A stretch of 64,000 nucleotides of DNA from the human T2T-CHM13v2.0 reference genome, Homo sapiens. The notes under the pieces were generated by a model. It was not told where the DNA came from. It worked only from the letters and a program-made list of their open reading frames with translations, and searched no databases. Made by a program: the position numbers and the translations under genes. The stretch lies in NCBI RefSeq assembly GCF_009914755.1, contig NC_060929.1. The stretch is one strand, 5' to 3'. Below are positions 23,631-50,699 of this stretch, piece after piece (position 1 is the first letter of the stretch; each line of letters starts with the position of its first letter).

Positions 23631-24199
23631 TAATAAATTAATTAATTAACAAAATTTAAAACACCCATTTAAATCTATTGCTGTAAGGTCCTCAAGAAAA
23701 TACTGTTAATGACAGTGTAAACTGGGTCACGTCCTTTAAGCAGTCTGGAAATATTTATCAAAAGCCAGAGAAAGGTTCACTCTTCAATTCCAGTAAATGT
23801 ATCCAAATAATTTAGAAGGAGGAAAAAAGGGCCAAACAACAAAGGTATTTTTTTTTTTTAGTAGCAGTACAGTACTGACAAGCTAGCTGAAACAACTCAA
23901 AATATCAAGAAAAAAGAATGTTAGAATACAGTTAAATATCTGAACATATAGATAATATTTTAATATATAATTAAAATACAGTTAAGAAACCATCAAAAAA
24001 TAAATTAGAAGGTCATGTAAACACACATAAAAGCAAAAACAGAATGTTAAATCGGGCAACAGAGAGAATAAACATGTTAATATAACAGAATTATGATCCT
24101 GTTTGAAGAAACCATAGATAATATAAAGATCCAGAGGCCTACAGAGAAATGTAATAATTGTGTTTAGCAGCATTTAAAATTACTTCATAATTTTCCTAA

Positions 24200-24580
<381 letters not shown>

Positions 24581-25373
24581 TATTTCCTCTTCTTTTTAAC
24601 CACCATTCCACTGAACACAAATTAAATGAAAAATATCTAGTGGACTAAATATATAGCTGGATCCTCCTAAGTAGAAAGGGTTAGTAAACCATGGAGCTTT
24701 ACGGAGAACGAGCATAGAATTTAGCAGACCTAAAGATACATATGGGGAGTATGACAATGTAAACTGGGTTACATCCTTTAAGTAGTCTGGAAATATTTAT
24801 CAAAAGCCACAGAAAGGTTCACTCTTTCTCTTGAGTTCTCTAAAGCTTCCTAAATAGTGTGCCCAGTGGTCCCAGCTATGTGCTGGGATAGGGTCTTCAG
24901 CCTACCACATTTATCGAATTTACCCAGCATGCCATGTAAATATTATCATTTTGTACATGAAAAGAATTGGAAAGCACTATCTTAATGGATCAGAGTTCCA
25001 TCCTTACAGCCTAGTTACAACTAATTGTAGCCTGGAAACGGGATATACAAGTCAATTCAGTCACTGTATCCTTCTCTAACGATGCTACTTCCAGAGGTTC
25101 TGAAATTTTATCCAGCCCAATTAATAAGCTAATACAAAACCAACTTTAACAAGAAATATTTGTAAGAAGTTATGTTTTTGAAAAAAGGTATTAACACTAA
25201 TAACTGAAAATTCCTTAGCAAGACTGCATCTTTAAATTTTACTTCTTGCTCTTTTTCACACACAAATGCCAAACTTTCACATATAGTTACAGTTTGTGTT
25301 TCTGAATGCTGGAGTGAGTTTACACTTAGAATGAAATACTCAAAAGCTAAAGTTCATTCAACTGAGCTATTAC

Positions 25374-25531
25374 CTTGTTGCCGTAACACTATTTGATTCC
25401 AGGATGTTTTCAGTCATCCTTAATTGTACCACCTCTGGCATGTCATTTGATTTTTCTGCACCCTCTTCTGGAAGTTCTTCAATATGTTCCAGCTTTTCAT
25501 CTTCCTCTTCTTCCTCAGAAAGTTCATTAAC
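25374..25531 (-). CDS. FAM13B: FAM13B exon 7, acidic stretch ([52 protein letters not shown])
   Basis: Acceptor tttatatag|GTT, donor AAG|GTAATA. 158 nt, phase 0-2. Confidence 0.95.
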
Positions 25532-26537
25532 CTATATAAATAAAAAGAAATTCAGAATTAAAATGTAATGAAACCGTTAACACATCTAAGACATACTATT
25601 CTATGAAAATTTTAAACACAAACAACTCATTTTTATTTCCTCATTTCCTAGGACCAATCTCTCTTATGGAGTAAGTAACTGTCAACTTTTTCATATCAAA
25701 ATAAAATTGCAACCAGACAAATGTAACATTTTGAAGCAGGATTAGTGTATCACTAGTTGCAAATTAGTATATTAGTATATTGCAAAATTAGTATATCTAG
25801 GAATATAAGTAAGCCTGTAAGGTATAGTTAACATTAAGAAAACTTAATTTTCTAACTAGTTTCGTAAATGTAACACTTACAACAGACTTTTAATTGATCT
25901 GATTTTCCAGGTGCCTTAAACAAGTCATTTTAATATAGTAAGTGTGAAAAAAGAAGCGCAAAAAAAATGTTGCCTTAAGATGTTAGCTACATTTTAGAAA
26001 ATGTCAGCTAACTTCTAAGTGATTCAGATTGAATTATTCATGAAGAGATGGAATCCTATAACAAGGAAGAACTCATATTTTGACCAGTAAGCACAAGTCA
26101 AGGTTATAATTATCTTGCTAGCAGGAGCTCTAAAATGTCCTCCATTATGAAACTGGCTACGTAGGTAATCACTCTAATAAAAAGATACTGAAATATTAGA
26201 GAAGGAAAACCAGCAAAATATTTTCAAATGAGTTTTTAAGTTATCCCAAAGAAGAAACTATCTATAGAATTGCTTAATATAAACTAATACTAGTCATTAA
26301 AGACTCTGAGCAATGCAAGTATGCTTTTTCTCCATGCTAGAAAAATGCAATAGAAATATCTAGAATAAATGTGTTTACTACTACATGTAACAGTGGTGTT
26401 TTTCCTGATGGACAAATACAGTTACTAGAATACTATCAGAAAGTAAAACCGCAACCAAAAGAAAAGTAATTACACTGTGATATTCTATCACACTCCTAAT
26501 CAACAAGTACAGAGTGCCTATTTTAAAGTATAATACA

Positions 26538-30102
<3,565 letters not shown>

Positions 30103-30152
30103 TCACATATCTAATTTTTAAAAATTAAACAAAAATTTTTTAAACAACTTAC

Positions 30153-30330
30153 TGGAAGACATCTGGACCAAAGACAGCAGCCAAAGAATTTGCAGACCAA
30201 ATTTCTTCATGATGTGATGCTACATTGGCTAAAAATCTACACAGAAACTTTAACAAACTATAATTAACAGGTGGAAGCTGTTGCAAGAGGAACCTCAACT
30301 TTCTTCCAAATTCATCTTCATTATTATAAT
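30153..30330 (-). CDS. FAM13B: FAM13B exon 5 ([59 protein letters not shown])
   Basis: Acceptor ttttatag|AT, donor CCA|GTAAGT. 178 nt, phase 1-2. LPPVNYSLL and SLAAVFGP RhoGAP motifs. Confidence 0.96.
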
Positions 30331-31282
30331 CTATAAAACAATAATAACAGGTTTTTTTCAATAAAGGAAAAAGCAAAGCTCTGATATTTTGCCAGGTTCA
30401 CATTACTCCACCCACATCACCTTTTTAATACAACAATTCAAAACCTCTTCACTTCCTCTACTGGGGCCAAATGCCTTAGGGCTTTGTATTTCACTTATGA
30501 AATGGAGAAGAGGTGGAGAAGAGGAGCTGGAAAAAAGGAACTCAATCCCTTAATTGCTGGAGGATGTTTTCCTCATCTATTACTCATTGGCCCCAATTCT
30601 CTTTTTTTTTTTTTTTTTTTTTTTAATTCTCATCCTACTGTCTCCAGCATGACTGTACCTGTGTTTCCACACTAGTGCCAACTATAAGAAGTCAAAATGC
30701 ACTGGCCATGCCAGACAATACAAACCACTAGTGAGCAAAGCAGAGATGCAATTTGAGGGGCTAATAGTATCAGTGATACCTTTCAGCTTAGATGAAAGTA
30801 AAAAGAAGGAAAGAAAAAGGTAACAGTGTGATTTTCTTCTCCTGGCGTCCTAAAATAAACAATTAACTTCAGCAATATCAGTATAACTAAATTAAAAGGT
30901 CTTTCATTTCTCGTCTGTTTTTCTCCTCTAAATTCATGTTGGTTTCTGCTTATCAAGTAAACTTTATCACACAAGTTAGGCCTTGTATTTATCATGTCAA
31001 TGAGTTTTCATTAACAGAAACTAGACCCGTATTCATTCCACTAATTGGTGAGGATCCCATTTGGGAGAAATAAGTGCTCAGAGGTCCTCTCGAAATGAAG
31101 TGATTTATTGTGCTACATGAGTAAAAATCAATTAAATTATGTTTCATTTTGTATTTTTCCGCAGGTTCTTAAAATTATTTTACTGAAAAACTCCTGGTAA
31201 AAGGTTACGGTCATGATATTAACTATCTCTGCAAAATAACACTAGTCTAAAAAGTTTATCAGGAAATAGGACTCCAGTACTA

Positions 31283-32624
<1,342 letters not shown>

Positions 32625-32680
32625 TGAGGGCAGAGATTTTCATCTAGTTTTTTTCAGTGCTGAGTTCTCAGTATCTGGAG

Positions 32681-32973
32681 CAAGGGTCCCCAGCCGGGGC
32701 TGCAGACCAGTCTGTGGCCTGTTAGGAACTGGGCCATACAGCAGGAGGTGAGCAGCAAGTCAGATCAGTGGCGGCATTAGATTCTCATAGGAGCAAGAAT
32801 GCTACTGTGAACTATGCATGCAAGGGATCTAGATGTACATTCTTTATGAGAATCTGATGCCTAATGATCTGAGTTGGAACAGTTTCATCCCAAAACCATT
32901 CCTCCTCTCCATCAGTGGAAAAACTGTCTTCCACAAAACCAGTCCCTGGTGTCAAAAAGGTTGGGGATTGCTG
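32681..32973 (+). mobile_element. MER1 (hAT-Charlie)
   Basis: caagggtcccca...ttggggattgctg TIRs. 8-bp TSD atctggag/atctagag. Confidence 0.88.
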
Positions 32974-33459
32974 ATCTAGAGCACTACCTAGCACACAGCA
33001 GATGTTCAATAAACATTAGTTGAATTCACTGAATGAATACACAATAACTGAAAAAAGATGTTGAACATACTACACCATTTGACTTGAGGTGGTAAGCTTG
33101 TGGGCAATACTGTTTTTATTTGAAATACTATCCACATTATCCAAAGTTTTGTTTGGCTACATTTCCTCTACACATTTGTACCTATACTGGCCTGTGTCTG
33201 AAGTCTTCAAATAAGGCAGAGAAGCATTTCAAAATACATTAAATATATACATACTTGCTTAAATTTCTTTCCTTTGGAGTCTAATTTCTAGTTAAATCAT
33301 ATCCAAGGAAAATAATGTATGTATCAGAGAAGTTTCCCCTAACAATTCCTTCAAGTACTGTAACATTTTTTGGAAATGTTCTAACTAATCCACAAAACTG
33401 CTAGCTATGTTTTCTATCAAAACACAATGTATAAGCAGTTGGACTAACCATTATGGTCT

Positions 33460-35040
<1,581 letters not shown>

Positions 35041-36688
35041 AATGAAAACCAACTGAAATGACAATCCTAGTGAAAAATAAATAGCTTCTGATAGATTCTA
35101 CCAGTGAGTCAATGACTTTGCTTCCATTAAATCTCACTGCAATTATTAATTTATAAATTTTCATTCAGGACTGAAAGATTATCTGACTCTTGGAACTTTA
35201 AATATGTGTCTGCAATTCAGCTAACAGAGGGAACATGGAAACCTATCACTATAAAGAGAATGGCTCTAGAGTTATTTTAAAAGGCTCAAAAAACCTTTAC
35301 CATATTGGTTTCGGTTCATATTTAATAAATGCAAAATGCTTATTATGTGTCTCAACATAAACATTTGAAAAAATTCCTGTAATAATAAAATGGATTCAAA
35401 AATTCAAAACAAAAAAGCGTAATTTTGGGGGGAGAAAAATTAAAGTGATGCATTGAAAAAAGGGTAGCCTTACTAATAACATTTCGTTTTAAAACCTGTT
35501 TTTTGATCCAGATTATAGAGTAAAAGAACAGAACTGAATCAGGTTACCCCTTCCTGAATATAGCAAGTTCAAAGTAAGCCTTATGATTTAGCTGTACAGA
35601 AAACATGTGTAAGAGGGTCACAGAACGTCTTTGCATTGACCTTTATACATAAATCAAAGACATCCAACTAACTTAGGCTCACAGTTTAAAATTTAAGAAA
35701 AAGACGGATAAACACTTTCGAAAGAAAATATACCTTCTCTGACAACATAATACTTAAGGATATATACACACATATTATAGAATGCCCAGCTGTGATAGAG
35801 ATAGGCATAAAGGAAGTAGTTATAATTTCTTAGCATAACTGAATTTCTTTAGAAGCCCCGATTCAAAAAATAAATGAACTCCATAATACCAAAAAAGCCT
35901 GAAAGGGTAATTTTAAAATTCAAGAAATATATAACTCTATATGCCAACTTTACACATTTTCCTATATAATGAAGCATGTCCCTCCATTACATATACATGA
36001 ATACCATTTGGCTCTAGGAACAGAAGCATTTCCTCACTTCTTGGTTCTTTGACCTTTCTGCTGCCTCTACCATTATTTTTCCTGTTCCTGTTCCACTCTA
36101 GCTAAGCACTACTTTTTAGTCACCACCAAAAAAACCTAACAAAGATACATCTTTTTTTGTTTCTTTAGCTTAGAGTCTAATGTTCAATTTGATATTCATT
36201 TCCTTTAGCTAAGTGTTCAAGAACAAGTTTTAGGTATATTCAAAGCCTAGAATCAAAGTTGTCTTCTTCCTTTTGCTAGGAAATTCTATCAAACCAGGGA
36301 TAAGTAACCCTAATAGTGGTAATATCACCACTAAGCAACACCTTTGGCTACTATTGGACATTGTGCCACCACACACATTACCTTACATAAATTTCTCTTC
36401 TTTCTTTTTGATGACCCCTCCTACTCCTTGTTCTTGTCTCCTCCCTTTCCTCTTCTTCACCCTGTTTCTTAGGCTAATAAAACCAATCACAAAAAGTAAA
36501 TAGTACTAGAGGGATCCCGGAAGTTGCCTTTCCTATGACAAGATCATACAACCCCAAAAAGCAAATGAGAAAATAACAAATTAATCTCTAAAATACTATA
36601 CTTACTGTTTACATGTCAAGATTTCTAAAAGGTAAAGACTAGGAAATTAACAACAAATGACCAATTGATAAGTATCAAATTATGTTAC

Positions 36689-36901
36689 CTTGAGAAAGCT
36701 GCATCAAGTGAATATGTAAACTGCCAGGGATAACAGGTTCAGGAAGTTCTTGAAGAAAAAATCTAAGAAGGCTAATAGCTGAGGGAACATCTGCTTCCTT
36801 AACCAAATCCACCTCTTCTCCGCTGTCGTATCTCTGCCGAAGCCACTCCACTGTCTCAGCATTTCCATTGACTTGAAAAAGTCCTTGTTGCTCCAGACCT
36901 C
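36689..36901 (-). CDS. FAM13B: FAM13B exon 4, RhoGAP-like core ([71 protein letters not shown])
   Basis: Acceptor ctaacgtag|GA, donor AAG|GTAACA. 213 nt, phase 1-1, open frame, [12 protein letters not shown] RhoGAP motif. Confidence 0.96.
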
Positions 36902-37341
36902 CTACGTTAGTTCAAGGCAATCATTCAATAAGCTGCAATGTCAACTGCTTGACCATATATATTCATTCTCCAATTAACTTAAAATACTCATACTTTTGGA
37001 AAGCCTTTCTTGGCTCCCCTGACTTGTCTAAAAACCTTCAAATTATACATCTAGAAACATACTATCTCTGTTCTAAGGGATATTCTATTTTATCCCACCC
37101 CTTATATCCATTAAAAATATTCCTATCACCCCCACTAAAACTTGTTCTAGGCTGGGCAACTGTCATTTCTAAGTATATGAATTTAAGTAAAAATCACACT
37201 AAAACATTAAAAAGAATTTCTAGTTTTTCCTATGTTTTGGACTTTCCATATTAAAAAAAAAAATTAAAAATCCAAGGTCAAAAAGGTGTAAGTTGTGTTT
37301 ATTAAAACAAAAGCTAGCCCTCAAAGTAAGGAAATGTATAC

Positions 37342-37498
37342 CATGTTCCTCAATATAGTCCACAACGTGGCGGACTATGAATGGAACCTCATTGTCTGGA
37401 TGTCCTCCCTGCTGCAGCTCATCAAGTGGAATTCCAAATATTTTGTTAGCAAGAACGGAGTTGCAGTTACTCAAGGAAGGGGAGGAGCTCTTCCTCAT
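37342..37498 (-). CDS. FAM13B: FAM13B coding exon 3 (exon starts ~37533; ATG at 37498), aa 1-52 [52 protein letters not shown]
   Basis: IFGIPL...VPFIV RhoGAP N-terminal motif. Acceptor ttcatttggcag, donor ATG|GTATAC. 157 coding nt, ends phase 1. Confidence 0.96.
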
Positions 37499-38053
37499 AT
37501 CTTTTTTGCAGCCAGAAATCAAAGCTGTCTTTTCTGCCAAATGAAAGACAAAAAAAAAGACTATAATGATTAACAGGTGGCAATATGACTAGATACATTA
37601 AAGAAAAATGCTTTACACCTGAATGTGTTCTCATCTATTTAAATGTTCCAGTTAGCAGGCCCATAGTGTGTTCTACAGATGAAGTTCAGTACAATTACCT
37701 AAACATATTCCCTATTACGAAGAGTTAGTGCTGAATGCTCCCTTTAGTGTTTGCATACTTATCAAACAATAGCAAAGTTAATCATCAAAGATTTAGCAAG
37801 AGGCATTAATGTCCCAAAGACAAATTAAGGAGCAAATTTGGCTCCAAGAAAACCTTTACTGAACAAGCTTATTAATGACACAGGTAAATCCAAACCCGTT
37901 CTGGACTGTGCCATATAAAGCTCATCTAACCCCTCAATTCATAAGCCCAAACAGGAGAGAATCCTTTTTAGAAAGTGCAGATCTAATAACCACTTTTTAT
38001 AAATGATGGGCTAATAAGAACAAGATTAATGAGTTCTTATTTCTACATGATAA

Positions 38054-38742
<689 letters not shown>

Positions 38743-39415
38743 CTTAACACTGTTATTTCATAATTATCCAAAAGAAAAATTTTCAGAGCCATCTAGTTCA
38801 GAAGAAATAGTTATTTGTCCTAATTTTGTAGGAATTGTGATCAGTAAAGAAGTGGGAGAAAACAATGTCTCAGATGGCCATTTCCAATATCTGACACATC
38901 AGAGAACAAGTAATCCTAAGAAAAATTTATTTTCTAAAATAAACACATTACACATTTATTACTTTACGTAGGAAAAGAGTATTTGTAAAAGAAAGAAAAA
39001 CTCAAAGGTTGATAATGAACAAAATGACACCAGCTGGTATTTTTTCCATCACCCTAGAAAAACAATTTCTTTCTCACTGCAAGAGAAAAAAAGCAAATCA
39101 CAAAAATAAGTCTACTAAAATTCCTAAGTTTACAAAAATAAGGTCCACTGGATCAAGTGTATACCCACTGGATCAAGAATGTCACAACATGACTAGGAAA
39201 CAATGCAGCCAACTTAAAAGAAAAAATTAACTTAAGGATAGCAAAATGCCATACATTTACATAGTCTCAGACAAGCAACATCCATTCTTCAATGTATCTG
39301 GTGCCAGCTAAGAACTATAAAACCTCAAGTTAAATCAAATAGCAGCTACAGGGGCAAGTTCCAAAATCTCTATGGATTTATAGAGCACGAGATAGTTACC
39401 ATTTTGAAAACTTAC

Positions 39416-39582
39416 CTTTCAGTACTTAAATACCTAAGTTTAAAAAATGGCTTCTGCACCAGCTACCCTCACTGAGCAAGCATTCTTTTGTCATTTATGG
39501 CTGTTTGAGATTATGGCAGAAGATCAGCCTGTAGTTCCTCATTGAAGAAATGCAGAACTCGATCAGTACTTCAGCAGTTAAT
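39416..39582 (-). other. FAM13B: FAM13B non-coding exon 2 (167 nt, contains uORFs)
   Basis: Acceptor ttgtttttgtcttgtag|ATTAAC and strong donor AAG|GTAAGT, in unique sequence 1.9 kb upstream of the ATG exon. Confidence 0.8.
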
Positions 39583-40194
39583 CTACAAGACAAAAACAAT
39601 TATTTCAATTTCCCACATCTTTAACTGTCAGAAGAGACTATTAATAGAAGCAGCAGTACAGTCCTCTTAAGAGGTTACCTATATTGAAAGGTATTCTTCT
39701 GTCTGAAAAATCTATCTGTAACCTAAAGGCAAAACCTTGCAACGGTTTCAGATGATGATGGAAAATTGGAGAAGAATCTTCCTGCTGAAGATAAATAAAT
39801 AAACGAATTGCAAAGGAGGATATGTGACAGGACACATCTTCAAGGACTACACCATTCAAATAATCCATTTTCCTCAATTATGTGTGGACACCCTACCCCA
39901 TCCCATTCCTTCCTCATTTCCTCACATACTCAGAACTAAACATGGAAGTATTTTCAAAAGATCAAAGAATCAAAGATATGATTTAAGCTTGCTACTATAC
40001 TTAAGTACTTTCTTCTTTTTTTTGTATACAACATAGTGGTTGCCTGAGCTCCCTAATTTAGAGAAGCGATAGCATATGTTGGAAAAGAGCAAAAAGAACA
40101 GTCCCAGAAAGATTTAGATTCAATTAATAACTCCGTCATTTTGTAGACACATGATGGTGAACAACTTCCATGTCTCTGAGCCTAGGTTTCTTTA

Positions 40195-42353
<2,159 letters not shown>

Positions 42354-42493
42354 TAGAGCACATTGCTGAGAACTCTCAGACTGGAGAGTGGCCCAAGGTA
42401 ACATTTCTGCAAACTGCAAAGTAGTTGACATTATTTAGTCCTGGTTCCTACCCCTTTTCAGAGCTTAAATCACATAAATATTCCCTTCACATC

Positions 42494-42930
42494 TGTGGTG
42501 GGTTGAATAGTGTCCCCCCCAAACCTCATGTCCACCAAGAACCTCATAATGTGACTTTATCTGGAAATAAGGTCTTTGCAGGTGTAATTAGTTAAGGATC
42601 TCAAGAGGAAATCATCCTAGATTTAGGGCAGGCCCTAAATCCAATGACTCATGCCCTTATAAGAAGAGGACAAGATACACAGAGACACACAGAGAGAAAG
42701 AAGAGCATGTGAAGACAGGGAGAAACTGGAGTTATGCTGCCAGAAGCCAAGAAATGCCAGGAACTACCAGAAGCTGGAAGAGGCAAAGAAAGATTCTCCC
42801 CTAGAATCTGCCCTGTGGACACTTCCTTTTGGGCTTCTACCCTCCTCAACTGTGAGAAAAAACTTCCTACTATTTTAGAGCCACCTAGTTTGTAGCAATT
42901 TGTCATGAAAGTCCTAGAAAATGAATGCAA
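42494..42930 (+). mobile_element. MLT1C-like MaLR solo LTR
   Basis: tgtggtgggttgaatagtgtcccccc start and ...aagccacctagtttgt..caatttgt..gtcctagaaaatgaatgca end. Confidence 0.85.
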
Positions 42931-43086
42931 CACCTAAACTACAATATTACATTCTAAAAAAAAAAAAAGAAAAAAAAGGAAAACAGCAGCAGGCACCGTA
43001 CAAAAATATACCAAAAAGATCTAATAAAATGTCCTAGCAGATAGAATCAATAAAATGTCGAGAAAGCAGTTCAATAAAAGGATTGA

Positions 43087-43479
<393 letters not shown>

Positions 43480-44029
43480 TGATCTGCACACCTCGGCATT
43501 ACAGGCATGAGCCACCACTCCCAGCCCCAAACAGCAAAATTATTTTAAATACAAGTGACAGTTGCCTAGCATGGTGTTATTGACAAGGAATAGGAAATTA
43601 CATTGAATTTTACATCATATACCTCACCATGAGATAACAGTGATTACAAACAAAGCCATATATATATATATATGTTTTTTTTTTTGTTTTTTTTTTTGAG
43701 TTGAGGTCTCACCCTGTTGCCCAGGCTGGAGTACAGTGGCCCAATCATGCAGCCTCAAACTCCTGGGCTCAAGCAAACCTCCCACCTCAGCCTCCTAAAT
43801 CACTGGGATTACAGGCATGAGTCACTACTCCCGGCTCAGAAACAATGCAATTAAACACCAATTATCAATAAAGTTGGGTAACATTCAAGAAAGTGCATCT
43901 TCATACACCAGCTATCAACCTAAGTTCTACAGGGACTCAAGGTACTTTTGCATTCCATTCAATTTCATTTACATATACAAAAATACACATACATAGTAGC
44001 AGCACACACACCCCTTTTTCCCCCCATGG

Positions 44030-44300
44030 GCTGAAAAATTTAATATTGTTGAAATATCCATACAATCCGAAGTGGTCTACAGATTCAATGCACTCCCCAT
44101 CAAAATTACAATGACATTCTTCAAAGAAACTGAAAAAGCAACCGTAAATTTTGTACAAAAGCATAAAAACCCTGATTAACACAAACAATCCTGAAGAAAA
44201 TGAACAGAGCTGGAGGCATCACACTAGCCAACTTACAAATATACTACAGAGCTATATTAACCAAAACAGCATCTACAATCAACTGATTTTTGACAAATGA
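44030..44300 (+). mobile_element. L1 ORF2 fragment
   Basis: tctacagattcaatgca..cccatcaaaattacaatgacattcttc...gctggaggcatcacacta. Confidence 0.88.
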
Positions 44301-44707
44301 AACGTACCTTTCTTAATAGCACAGAATCTTTACACTTTAACTATCTACTAAAATTAGTAGTAAGGGGCTTTTAAAAAGGGGTAGAGCACCAATATCAATA
44401 CTATAGATAATAATAGCAGACAGCATTTGCTGAGCTCTTACAATATGCCAGGCACTATTTCAAAGACTTTAACTATATCAACTCATTTAATCCTTACAAC
44501 AACCCTAAAGGAGGCAAATACTTTCATTATATCCATTTTACTGATGAGAAAACTGAAACACAGAACTTTTTGAGGTGATGAAAATGTTCTATGTCATAAC
44601 TGTGGCAGTGATAGTTACATATGAATATATTTATTAAAACGTATTGAGCTGGACATGCTGTTGTATATAAACCATACTTCAACAAAGCTGAAGAAAATGA
44701 AAAAAGA

Positions 44708-45495
<788 letters not shown>

Positions 45496-46072
45496 GATGT
45501 GCCAAGAAAAAGTGCCACATTGAAGTAAAAAAGTTCTACCTTCAAATAGAATAGGAAGAAACAATAAAACTCACATTTGCCCAAATGCTTTGACAAAATA
45601 GGATACAATTCACATAGAAAGGTTTAAAAGAGCTATCTCACTACTTGTTAAAGCCAAAAAACTACATAAATACATCCCTATTATCACTGGTATACAAAGT
45701 CAGAAAAGCCAGCAGGAAGCTGGGTCTCAATAAAGATGATAGAGATTTATAAGTTTGTAGACTATTGCTAATTTGACTTTACATCATTAAACCAAAACTA
45801 AAAGAAAATAAACTTATGCCTGCTCTAGACATTCAGCTTCTTACTAGCCGGGGCTCCAAATAATTCACTGAAGCAAAAGGCACCTCTTTCATTCTAACTG
45901 AACAAGTATGGTACAACAAAAGTGGCAAATATGCTAACTTAGTGGTTCCCTCCTGGCCTGAGAAACTGACCAAAGCATAATTTGTCTGAGATACTTAACA
46001 GAAAAGCTGAACGAATGTCTCAATAGTGCATAAACTTACCTATCAAATGTTCATAGACGCTACTTTGATCAG

Positions 46073-46412
46073 TGATACGGTTTGGCTCTGTGTCCCCACC
46101 TAAATCTCATCTAGAATTGTAATCCTCACGTGTGGAGAGAAGGAGGTGATTGGATCATGGAGGCAGTTTCTCCCATGCTGTTCTCGTGACAGTGAGTTCT
46201 CATGAGAGCTGATGGTTTTATAAGGGGCTCTTCCCCCTTCACTTCCTACAAAGGCTCTCTTGCCTGCTGCCATGTAAGACATGCCTGCGTCCCCTTCCAC
46301 TATGATTGTAAGTTTCCTGGAGCCTCCCCAGCCATGTAGAACTGTGAAACAATTAAACCTCTTTTCTTTATTCTGGCAGTTCTTTATAGCAGTGTGAGAA
46401 TGGACTAACACA
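46073..46412 (+). mobile_element. MSTA/THE1-type MaLR solo LTR
   Basis: tgatacggtttggctctgtgtccccacc...gtgagaatggactaacaca with a perfect 5-bp TSD ATCAG (46068-46072, 46413-46417). Confidence 0.92.
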
Positions 46413-46965
46413 ATCAGGAAAACACCAAATCACTTAATCTGTTATTAAGTTCATACTGGCTTGGCCATTAAGTAATTTATCAGATACAAAGTATAACTAA
46501 TACAGAATTCAGGACTAGAAAGTTTTTAAATTAAAGAGGGCTCTATTGCTTAAAAGATTGGGAATTTCACTGCTTTAAAAAATAAAACCAAAAAAAAGAG
46601 TAGAAGCTATTTCTTGCAACAACGTGGGAAATATTAATATACCTTTTCTCCACTGAAAACATGCACAGGCAAGGCCTACTAGACTGATAAGAGTAAGAAG
46701 ACTAGTTTATCATTTTTCATAGCTCGTTAATACGAAACTACAATACACTTCATTTTTTCAGGTAAGGGGTATTATGCGTAATTCTACAACTTGGTCTAGC
46801 CAGATAGGTCCCCTGAGATTAAAACATTTCTCTTTTTGCACAGACTTGTATAAAAACTGAAAAAAAAAGGGAAGCTGGTACATGAACAAAAAAGCAGTGG
46901 TTAAACTTTTTTTGTATATCTTCCCCACTAGATTGTGAACTTTGACCATAAAATACGCAAAAAAT

Positions 46966-50108
<3,143 letters not shown>

Positions 50109-50699
50109 TCATTCAATTCCATCAACAAGCACTTAGTAAATGCACAGTACCTGTGAGAAAACCAGGCCAACAAGCATTTCAAGGTTACCAAAAAAGGAAG
50201 GTTGAAAATAGCCTCACACTAACCCAGCTCTAAAAAGACAAATAATTCAAAACCACCCTTTAATGTCTGTCTCTCTAAACAGGTGCACCCCAGTTAATGT
50301 TAATAGTCTGCATTACTACTGGTAATGATTCTGGCTACCATTTTAGATTATCAGATCCTTCAAAGTAAATGCCCAACTTTTTTCACTGATTAGAAGGCGA
50401 AACGGGGAACCAAATGAAATAATCCACCGTCTTTCTAAAAGTCAGTTTGATTTTAACTGATTACAAACAAAAAGGGCTTAACAGTTTCCCACTGCGCAAA
50501 TGTGCCAACCGATTCCTACAACCTCATCTAGGAAACCAGGCGTGCCACGCGAACCCTAATGCTATACAAAGTGTCCCCCTCCAGCCTGGCCTATGCAGAG
50601 CGCATTCTAGACAAGGCCCCAGTGCACCAACAGCCCAATTTTGGCTATATTCTCTGAGCGATTTAAGGAAGTCCGCAACCACTCATCTCACGTGACCTT

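Noticed and set aside
37499-37540. ORF-track N-terminal extension [14 protein letters not shown] of FAM13B
   Set aside because: It starts at an intronic TTG upstream of the splice acceptor, so it is not present in the spliced mRNA.
39146-39178. ccactggatcaag direct repeat (similar short duplications at ~25741-25797 and ~40677-40726)
   Set aside because: Two-copy micro-duplications typical of slippage. There is no array structure, so it is not CRISPR-like.
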